A stretch of DNA of 61,499 bases, from NCBI GenBank assembly GCA_041168925.1, contig JBEEJY010000008.1, forward strand, positions 1 to 61,499, given 5' to 3'. The translations under genes were made by a program, and so were the position numbers. Shown here in pieces: positions 26,515-33,706 of the stretch. The notes under the pieces are model-generated. The model ran no database searches. It saw only the letters and a list, made by a program, of their open reading frames with translations, and was not told the origin of the DNA. Position 1 is the stretch's first letter; every line of letters begins with the position of its first letter. This stretch comes from Candidatus Parcubacteria bacterium (GTDB lineage: Bacteria > Patescibacteriota > Minisyncoccia > Phycocordibacterales > UBA2100).

Positions 26515-28914
26515 TCAACGCGAGATCTTTTTCATGCTGCCCCAATGGTCTCCAACGGCAGCCTCCACGATGATAGGGACGCCGGAGAGATCTTTTTTTG
26601 GAGCGACCGATTCCATCGCGTGGCGGATATTCGGCGCAGCGGCGTGCACGAGTTTTTCATCGAGCTCGTATACGAGTTCGTCGTGCACCTGCAAGACGAG
26701 CTCGACCTTGTCCCGCCAGCCTTCTCGTTCAATGAGGCGGTCGGCCTCGACCATCGCGAGCTTGATGATATCGCTCTGCGTACCTTGCATCGGCGCATTG
26801 ATGGCCATGCGCTCCGATTGTGCCCGCACTCCGGGGAGAGTCGATGTAAGGCCGGGGAAATACCGCCGGCGTCCGAAAAGCGTTTCCGTGTAGCCTTTTC
26901 GCGCGGCATCCATTTTCGTGCGTTCGATGTAGTGCGCGAGTCCGGAGAAATTCTTGAAGTAATCCGCGAGATACTTCGCGGCATCTTCCCGCGAAACGCC
27001 TTCGCCGAGCGTCGTGCGAAGCGCATTCACTCCCATTCCGTAGAGGATCCCGAAGTTGATAACCTTGGCGCGGCGGCGCATCTCGTAATCCACGTGCTCC
27101 GGAGGCACGCCGAATACTTCCGAGGCGACAGCCGCGTGCACGTCGCCGCCGCGTTTGAATATGGAAACGAGCTTTTCGTCGCCCGAGAGTCCCGCCGCGA
27201 TGCGCAATTCGATCTGCGAGTAGTCGAGTGAAACGAGCACTCGCCCCCCCGGGGCGCCGAACGCTTCACGGATGCGCCGGCCGTATTCCGTCTTGATAGG
27301 GATGTTCTGCAAATTCGGGTTCTGGCAACCCATACGGCCTGTCACGGTACCCGTCTGCAAGAATTCCGCATGCAATCGGCCGTCGCTCCCGATGAGTGCG
27401 GGCATCTTGTCGATGTAGGTCGAGAGCAATTTCTGCAACTCGCGGTACGCGAGCACGTCGGCGATGATGGGATGGAGCCCGCTCAACTTCACCAGCTCGT
27501 CTTCGCGAGTCGTCCGCGCGCCGCGCGCAGTTTTCTTCTGCCGCTCCGGCGTGATCTTGAGTTCGTCGTAGAGAACCGCCGCGAGTTGTTTGGGCGAATT
27601 CACGTTGAACTCATGCCCGGCATGCTTGTAAATGCGGCCTGCGGCTGCGCCGAGCTCTTTGCTGTATTCACGCGACAGCTCTTTGAGGTGCGGCGCATCG
27701 ATGTACACGCCAGCCGCGTTCATCCGCTCGACGATGGGAATGAGTGGTTTCTCGATATGGTCGAACACTTCCTGCAGGCGGCCGGTTTTCCGCAGTTCGC
27801 GGAAGACATGCTCTCGCGCTTTCTCGAAATCTTCCGCATTGGTCTCGCGCATGATGTCGGCGAGACTCGGATTCGTCACATCGGAGTGCAGCAGCCAGAG
27901 CGCGACCGAGGTTTCCTTCAGCGCTTCGCGATCCACCGCTTCTTCTTTCGGCGCACCGACCTCCTCTTTGCCCACGCGGCTGTTCAAACGCTCTTTGAGC
28001 GAGCGGAATTCGAACTTGTCGCACAGTGCCGCGATCGAAGCGGCGTGGTCGGCGAGGTGCCAGTGCAGTTTTGGAAGCGAAAAACGTATCGGCACATTGG
28101 CGTGGATGGTCGCGAGGGTTTTTGAAAATGCCGCGTCCGCCTTGCCGGTTTTCAAAAGCTCGACGGTGCGCGGCTTTACTTTTTTCTCGAAGTCCGATGG
28201 ATGCTTCTCAAGCGCCTGATAGATCCCGTCGAGCGAACCGAATTCTCTGATGAGCTCGGTTGCGATTTTCTCTCCGATGCCGCGGATGCCGGGTATGTTG
28301 TCGGATGGGTCGCCGCGAAGCGCCTTGTAATCCACGATGTGTTCCGGGCCGAACCCGAAACGCTCACGCACCGCGCCTTCATCGTAGATGACGGTGTCGC
28401 TCAAGCCTTTACGCAGCGTGAAAACGCGTACATGCGTACCCTGCACCAGTTGCAGGGTGTCCATATCCCCGGTCGCTATGATGATCTCGAGATCGCTGCG
28501 CGCCGACACCTCTTTCACGATAGTGCCAACGACGTCATCGGCCTCGTGTCCGGCGTGCGCATACACGGGGATCCCGAACGCGTCGAACACCTCCGGCGCT
28601 TTCTCCAGTTGCGCGACGAGCTCGTCTTCCGTTTTCACCCGCGTCGCTTTGTACGCTTCAAAAAGCTCATGCCGCTGCGTCTTGCCCGGCAGGTCGCGCG
28701 CGGCGATGAGGTAGTCGGGCTTCAAGCTCTCGGCGATTTTCAACAGCATCGAGACGAGGCCGTACAGAGCGCCTGTCGGCTCGCCCTTGCCCGAGGTGAA
28801 ATCAGGGAGCGCGTGGTACGCGCGGTGGATTATGGCGTGCGAGTCGAGAATGACGAGACGCACTGGCTTTTCGGGCGTCCCGGCCGCTTTCGCCCTGGTT
28901 TTTTTCCTGGCCAT
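26515..28914 (-). CDS. polA: DNA polymerase I (5' nuclease plus polymerase domains)
   Basis: VRLVILDSHAIIHRAYHAL (5' nuclease), DNIPGIRGIGEKIA, SLDYSQIELRIAAGLSGD (motif A), RRRAKVINFGILYGMG (motif B), LQVHDELVYE (motif C). TACAAT lies 8 nt upstream of ATG 28914. Confidence 0.95.
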   Translation of the reverse strand: MARKKTRAKAAGTPEKPVRLVILDSHAIIHRAYHALPDFTSGKGEPTGALYGLVSMLLKIAESLKPDYLIAARDLPGKTQRHELFEAYKATRVKTEDELVAQLEKAPEVFDAFGIPVYAHAGHEADDVVGTIVKEVSARSDLEIIIATGDMDTLQLVQGTHVRVFTLRKGLSDTVIYDEGAVRERFGFGPEHIVDYKALRGDPSDNIPGIRGIGEKIATELIREFGSLDGIYQALEKHPSDFEKKVKPRTVELLKTGKADAAFSKTLATIHANVPIRFSLPKLHWHLADHAASIAALCDKFEFRSLKERLNSRVGKEEVGAPKEEAVDREALKETSVALWLLHSDVTNPSLADIMRETNAEDFEKAREHVFRELRKTGRLQEVFDHIEKPLIPIVERMNAAGVYIDAPHLKELSREYSKELGAAAGRIYKHAGHEFNVNSPKQLAAVLYDELKITPERQKKTARGARTTREDELVKLSGLHPIIADVLAYRELQKLLSTYIDKMPALIGSDGRLHAEFLQTGTVTGRMGCQNPNLQNIPIKTEYGRRIREAFGAPGGRVLVSLDYSQIELRIAAGLSGDEKLVSIFKRGGDVHAAVASEVFGVPPEHVDYEMRRRAKVINFGILYGMGVNALRTTLGEGVSREDAAKYLADYFKNFSGLAHYIERTKMDAARKGYTETLFGRRRYFPGLTSTLPGVRAQSERMAINAPMQGTQSDIIKLAMVEADRLIEREGWRDKVELVLQVHDELVYELDEKLVHAAAPNIRHAMESVAPKKDLSGVPIIVEAAVGDHWGSMKKISR

Positions 28915-29006
28915 CAGACGTGATTGTACGCCTCCTCCTCTCAAAGTCGAAGGTCTCTTTTATGATTGCCGCGTCCTTCCTTTTTTGTGCGTTACAATAT
29001 CGGTAC

Positions 29007-30701
29007 ATGACGACGACGTTCAACGAAAAGAAACAGGACGAAAGATTGCACGAGCTGCGTTTGCGCGAAGAAGAGCAGCTCGCCGAGATGCTCTCCGGCA
29101 AGTACGGCGTCGATTACGCCGATCTCACCTCGAAATCAATCGACACCGACGCGCTGCGGCTCGTACCTGAGAAGGAGGCGCGTGCGGCGGAAGTCGCCGC
29201 GTTTCGAAAGGTCAACAAGACGCTTTTCCTCGCGATGCGCGCGCCGGAGCGCCCCGACGGCCTGAAAGTCTTCGAAAATCTGCAAAAGCTCGGCTACGAC
29301 GTGCGGCGCGTCATCGTCTCGCGCGCATCGCTCGATCACGCGTGGGATCGCTACCACGATCTTTCGTATGCGACCGAAACGGAAGCCGGCATTCTCACGC
29401 TCTCCAACGAAACGATCCAGCGGATGCTTCAGAAGTTGAAGACGCTGCAGGACGTGCAGGCGGAGATTCAGTCGCACGCCGGTTCGAAAGACACGCATCG
29501 GATCTCGCGCGTTCTTGAGATCGTGATGGCGGGGGCCATGTCGCTCGGCGCTTCCGACGTGCACTTGGAGCCGCAAGAGGAATCGGTGCGCATGCGCTAT
29601 CGTCTCGACGGCGTATTGATCGAGGTTCTCACCTTCGACTTCCCGACCTACGCGCTCATCTCTTCGCGCATCAAGCTGCTCTCCGGACTCAAACTCAACA
29701 TAAAAAGCTCCGCGCAAGACGGGCGCTTTTCGATTCTCATCAATGAAAAAGAGATCGAGATCCGCGCAAGCGTGCTCCCGGGCGCCTACGCCGAGACGAT
29801 CGTTATGCGTATTCTCGATCCGACCACGATCGCGCTCCCGATGGAGGCGCTCGGATTCGACAAGTATCTGATGGACATATTCAACCGAGAAATCCAGAAG
29901 CCAAACGGGATGATTCTCAACACGGGTCCGACGGGAAGCGGAAAGACGACGACGCTCTACGCCTTCCTCTCGCGCGTTGCGACGCCCGAAATCAAAATCG
30001 TCACGATCGAAGACCCGATCGAGTACCACCTCAACGGCATCGTTCAAACCCAAGTATCGAAAGACTATACTTTCGCATCGGGGCTTCGATCGACCTTGCG
30101 CCAAGACCCGGACGTCATCATGGTCGGCGAGATCCGCGATGCCGAGGTGGCCTCGACGGCGGTGCACGCTTCGCTTACCGGCCACCTCGTTTTCTCGACG
30201 CTCCACACCAACGACGCGGCCGGCACGTTCCCGCGCCTCATAGACATGGGCGTCAACGCCGACATTTTGGGTGCGGCACTCACGGTTGCCATGGCGCAAC
30301 GCCTCGTCCGCAGACTTTGCTCCAACTGCCGCCAAGCGGCACCGATCGAAGGCGAAGCGAAAGAAACGATGGCGCCACTTTTCGCCAACATACCGCACAA
30401 AGAAGACCTGCCTGCGAATCGCGAACAGATGTGGGTCCCGAAGGGGTGCGAGAAATGCGGCGGACTCGGCTACAAAGGCCGCATCGCGGTCGTCGAGGTT
30501 GTGCTGATGGACAAAGAGATTGAAGACACGGTCCGCAAATCGTCGAGCGAGCGTGAAATCTGGCTCGCGTCGCGTCATCAACAGATCCGCCGTATGGCCC
30601 AGGACGGCGCGGTGAAGGTATTGCAGGGCGTCACGTCATTCGACGAGCTCAACCGCATGGTTGACCTGCATGATGAAGTGTTGCTGGAGATGATCAAGTG
30701 A
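29007..30701 (+). CDS. pilB: Type II/IV secretion ATPase GspE/PilB (pilus extension ATPase)
   Basis: GPTGSGKTTTLYA Walker A, IMVGEIRD, tetracysteine CSNC...CEKCGGLGYKGR. TACAAT lies 8 nt upstream of the ATG. Confidence 0.9.
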   Translation: MTTTFNEKKQDERLHELRLREEEQLAEMLSGKYGVDYADLTSKSIDTDALRLVPEKEARAAEVAAFRKVNKTLFLAMRAPERPDGLKVFENLQKLGYDVRRVIVSRASLDHAWDRYHDLSYATETEAGILTLSNETIQRMLQKLKTLQDVQAEIQSHAGSKDTHRISRVLEIVMAGAMSLGASDVHLEPQEESVRMRYRLDGVLIEVLTFDFPTYALISSRIKLLSGLKLNIKSSAQDGRFSILINEKEIEIRASVLPGAYAETIVMRILDPTTIALPMEALGFDKYLMDIFNREIQKPNGMILNTGPTGSGKTTTLYAFLSRVATPEIKIVTIEDPIEYHLNGIVQTQVSKDYTFASGLRSTLRQDPDVIMVGEIRDAEVASTAVHASLTGHLVFSTLHTNDAAGTFPRLIDMGVNADILGAALTVAMAQRLVRRLCSNCRQAAPIEGEAKETMAPLFANIPHKEDLPANREQMWVPKGCEKCGGLGYKGRIAVVEVVLMDKEIEDTVRKSSSEREIWLASRHQQIRRMAQDGAVKVLQGVTSFDELNRMVDLHDEVLLEMIK

Positions 30702-30796
30702 TTTGACCACAAAACCCGATTGCGGAGTCATAATCGGATGTTAGGCTTAAGAGGGAAAAGTCCTTCGACGCTGCCCCGCATAAAAGAGGTGGGCAC

Positions 30797-30908
30797 TATC
30801 GGGCGATGCTTTTGAAAAAAGTTGCAACGTGGTCCTAAGGATGGCGGCAGCACACTGCCGCAAGCGGCAATACCGCCGCGTCCTCGGAAAAGTCACCATC
30901 GCCCGATA
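30797..30908. ncRNA. Candidate structured RNA element (family unassigned) in the pilB-ruvB spacer
   Basis: A 12-bp perfect long-range pairing, TATCGGGCGATG (30797-30808) with CATCGCCCGATA (30897-30908), encloses the hairpin GCGGCAG-caca-CTGCCGC (30844-30861) and GGCGG/CCGCC pairs. No ORF is present. Confidence 0.3.
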
Positions 30909-30985
30909 CTGCGCGCCTCTTTGAAAGACCGAAAGGAAAAAGCGGACGAGATCCGCTTCTGGGTAGACAATATAGCATATAATAA

Positions 30986-32041
30986 ATGAAAGTCAAGAGC
31001 CTTCGCGCCCGCGCGTTTCGCGGCCGCAAGCCTCCGCATATGAAAAACGAAACAGAAAAAACACCGCGTTCTCTTGATCAGGCGCTTCGCCCTGCCAATT
31101 GGAGCGAATACATCGGCCAACCGACGATAAAAGAAAATCTCCGCATCCTCCTCACGGCTGCCAAAGGACGCAATCATCAGCCTGAACACGTCCTATTGTA
31201 CGGACCGCCGGGCCTCGGCAAAACCACGCTCGCGCATTTGATCGCAAAAGAGATCGGCGCGAATCTTCGAAGCACATCGGGGCCTGCGATCGAGCGCGTC
31301 GGCGATCTCGCGTCGATCCTCACCAACCTCTCCTCCGGCGATGTGCTCTTCGTCGACGAAATTCATCGCCTGAATCGAACGATCGAAGAGGTACTCTATC
31401 CCGCGATGGAATCGGGGGTGCTCGATATCGTCATCGGCAAGGGGCCGTCGGCGCGCACCGTGCAACTCGAGTTGCCACCATTCTCGCTCATCGCGGCAAC
31501 GACACGCATCTCGATGCTTAGCGCGCCGCTTCGCTCGCGCTTTTCCGGCGGCACCTTCCGTCTGCAGTACTACGATGATGATGAGATCGCGGAAATACTG
31601 AGACGTTCCGCACACATCCTTAAAATCGCGATCGACGAATACTCGCTCAAAGAGATCTCGCGCCGCTCGCGCGCGACACCTCGCACCGCGAACTACCTGC
31701 TGAAACGAGCGCGCGATTTCGCCGAAGTGAATCAGGAAAAATTAGACCTCAAGACCGTGAAAAAAGCGCTCGCGCTCCTTGAGATCGACGAGGGCGGGCT
31801 CAACCAGACCGATCGCGACATTCTCACGCTTCTTGTCGAAAAATTCGGCGGCGGGCCGGTCGGCCTCAAAACCATCGCGGCCGCTCTTTCGGAAGAAGAG
31901 GCGACGATCGAAGAAGTAAACGAGCCCTACCTCATGCAGACCGGGCTAATTGAAAGAACTCCTCGAGGGCGTACCGTTACCAAAAAAGGCTACATCCACA
32001 TCGGTGCTGAATCGCCGAAGACTCAAAACACGCTCGTGTGA
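30986..32041 (+). CDS. ruvB: Holliday junction DNA helicase RuvB
   Basis: LRPANWSEYIGQ..., LLYGPPGLGKTTLAHLIA Walker A, LFVDEIHRL Walker B. The first ATG, 30986, follows TAGCAT by 7 nt. An internal ATG at 31040 (MKNETEK) is an alternative start. Confidence 0.93.
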   Translation: MKVKSLRARAFRGRKPPHMKNETEKTPRSLDQALRPANWSEYIGQPTIKENLRILLTAAKGRNHQPEHVLLYGPPGLGKTTLAHLIAKEIGANLRSTSGPAIERVGDLASILTNLSSGDVLFVDEIHRLNRTIEEVLYPAMESGVLDIVIGKGPSARTVQLELPPFSLIAATTRISMLSAPLRSRFSGGTFRLQYYDDDEIAEILRRSAHILKIAIDEYSLKEISRRSRATPRTANYLLKRARDFAEVNQEKLDLKTVKKALALLEIDEGGLNQTDRDILTLLVEKFGGGPVGLKTIAAALSEEEATIEEVNEPYLMQTGLIERTPRGRTVTKKGYIHIGAESPKTQNTLV

Positions 32042-32130
32042 ACTGGGGCCCCGCGCGCAACGAGCGCGTGTGGATAAGCGACACGCTCCCTGATTAAGTG
32101 CGTACAATGCGTGATGAACGCACGGTATCG

Positions 32131-32165
32131 AAACGGCCTCCCTTGCGGGAGGCCGTTTTCGTTCT
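32131..32165 (+). terminator. Strong GC hairpin, terminator-like, 90 nt after ruvB
   Basis: AAACGGCCTCCC-ttgc-GGGAGGCCGTTT followed by TCGTTCTC. It would also form on the opposite strand. Confidence 0.65.
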
Positions 32166-32660
32166 CGGTCATTTTGAATCTCGGTGAGTGAGCGGGCTCA
32201 ACTTGATACGATCTCATCAAAGCCCGCGAAGTCCTAGATGTGCGTCCGAACTTACTTCACCCATCCCACCACTCCTGACCGACGACTCCCGCAGTGTCGC
32301 CCGACTCCCGCCGGGAAAGACTCACGGAGCTGCCAGAGCGTTCGGGGCTTACGCCCGTTCCCCTGCTGGCGCCGACGCACGGTAAAGCGCATCAGAGCCC
32401 AAATGATACAAGGACATTTTTCCCCGCGACTTCACGTCAAGCGCCTGTTTTCGTGGATTTCCTGTTCCCTTGCTTGTGCATAACCCTGTGTATATCTCCG
32501 GTAACAGTGGCGGGTCCGCGGCATCAGATTTCTCCGCGCAATCTCCGCGCAATCTTGTCTAATGCGCTTCTGCAGCGCATACTTGGCACGAGAAACGAGT
32601 TGGCCGTGGACGCTGATGGGGTCTTCATGGCTGCTAATCTCGCTTCGCCGCTACTCAACC

Positions 32661-33191
32661 ATGGGAGGACACAACAAATGGTCGCAGATAAAACGGCAAA
32701 AGGGCGCTAACGACGCCGCGAAGAGCCAGGTGTGGGCGAAACTTTCGCGCCGATTGACGGTCGAGAGTAAAAAAGCCGGAGGAAAAGCTGACGCGGCCAA
32801 TGTGCGCAGCGTCGTCGATACGGCTCGGAAAGAGAACATGCCGAAAGATGCGATTGAACGGGCGATCGCGAAAGGCGCCGGTTCCGACGCGATGGCGCTC
32901 GAATCGGCGACCTACGAGGCCTACGGTCCGGGTGGCGCGGCCATAATCATCGATGCGCTTACCGACAGCCGCAATCGCACCGCACAAGAGATCAAGCATC
33001 TTTTGAGCGAGCGGGGCCTTTCGCTCGCTTCCCCCGGCTCGGCACTGTGGGCTTTCGACAAAAACGCCGATGGCTACGCGCCAAAATCGACCGTGCCGCT
33101 CTCCGAAGAAGATGGTGCGAAGCTCATGAGCATCATGGAAACGATAGACGGGCACGACGATGTGCAGGCGGTCTATACGAACGCGCAATAG
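32661..33191 (+). CDS. yebC: YebC/PmpR-family transcriptional regulator (short form)
   Basis: MGGHNKWSQIKRQKGANDAAKSQVWAKLSRRL... is the canonical YebC N-terminus. Confidence 0.85.
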   Translation: MGGHNKWSQIKRQKGANDAAKSQVWAKLSRRLTVESKKAGGKADAANVRSVVDTARKENMPKDAIERAIAKGAGSDAMALESATYEAYGPGGAAIIIDALTDSRNRTAQEIKHLLSERGLSLASPGSALWAFDKNADGYAPKSTVPLSEEDGAKLMSIMETIDGHDDVQAVYTNAQ

Positions 33192-33200
33192 TATGAATAC

Positions 33201-33671
33201 ATGAAAGTACTCGCAATCGATCCGGGGTACGGCAGGTGCGGGGTTGCGGTAGTCGAAAAACAAACGGGCAAAGAAATCTTGTTGTACTCGAATTGCATCG
33301 AGACTTCTGCAACGCTGGATTTCCCCGCTCGACTTGCGGCGGTGGCCGACGAGTGCGGACGACTGATGCGGGAATACGCGCCGGATTCAGTCGCGATGGA
33401 GAAACTCTACTTCACCAAAAATCAAAAAACGGCGATGCGGGTTGCCGAAGTGCGCGGCGCACTTATTGATACTGCCGCCCGCGCGAGGCTCAAGGTCTTC
33501 GAATACACGCCTGGCGAAGTAAAAGCTGCGGCGGCCGGTTCGGGGAGCGCCGACAAACAGGCAGTTGCAAAGATGCTTCATGCGCTGGTGAAGATCGAAA
33601 AGAAGATCTCTCATGACGACGAGTACGATGCGATTGCGATCGCCGTGACGCATCTAGCGCGGGCTAGATAG
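33201..33671 (+). CDS. ruvC: Crossover junction endodeoxyribonuclease RuvC
   Basis: MKVLAIDPGYGRCGVAVVE..., VAMEKLYF..., HDDEYDAIAIAVTH. Confidence 0.9.
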   Translation: MKVLAIDPGYGRCGVAVVEKQTGKEILLYSNCIETSATLDFPARLAAVADECGRLMREYAPDSVAMEKLYFTKNQKTAMRVAEVRGALIDTAARARLKVFEYTPGEVKAAAAGSGSADKQAVAKMLHALVKIEKKISHDDEYDAIAIAVTHLARAR

Positions 33672-33706
33672 CGAAAAGGGCAAAAAAGCGCTAACATGCT
33701 GGACAC

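Noticed and set aside
24634-30581. Large shadow ORFs 24634..25647(-), 27370..28125(+), 28201..28923(+), 29136..30581(-)
   Set aside because: They overlap polA, pilB or paralog 3 on the opposite strand or in another frame. Those genes carry unambiguous catalytic motifs and the shadow ORFs carry none.
32069-32077. Perfect DnaA box TGTGGATAA (and TTATCCACC at 57065-57073) as evidence of a second origin
   Set aside because: These are single isolated boxes without an AT-rich unwinding element or clustering. They are more likely chance or regulatory DnaA sites.
32497-32534. Cobalamin riboswitch on the minus strand
   Set aside because: A core-like CCCGCCACTGT with a GAGAAATC context is present. 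However, I could not find a convincing B12 box, and no gene lies downstream on that strand. It is reported only as a hint inside the spacer finding.
32531-32554. CRISPR array
   Set aside because: There are only 2.2 copies of an 11-nt unit with no spacers. No other regularly spaced repeats and no cas genes are in the window.
32042-32660. tmRNA or RNase P RNA in the ruvB-yebC spacer
   Set aside because: For tmRNA, I looked on both strands for the ends (GGGG...GGATTCGAC and T-arm...TCCACCA) and found only partial look-alikes: GGGGCCC...GGATAAGCGAC at 32045-32083 and CCCACCA at 32264-32270, with no matching acceptor pairing. For RNase P, I looked for P4 (GAGGAAAGTCC with a complementary CCGGCTT-type strand) and found no complementary strand. 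It is not called and is left as an unassigned candidate.
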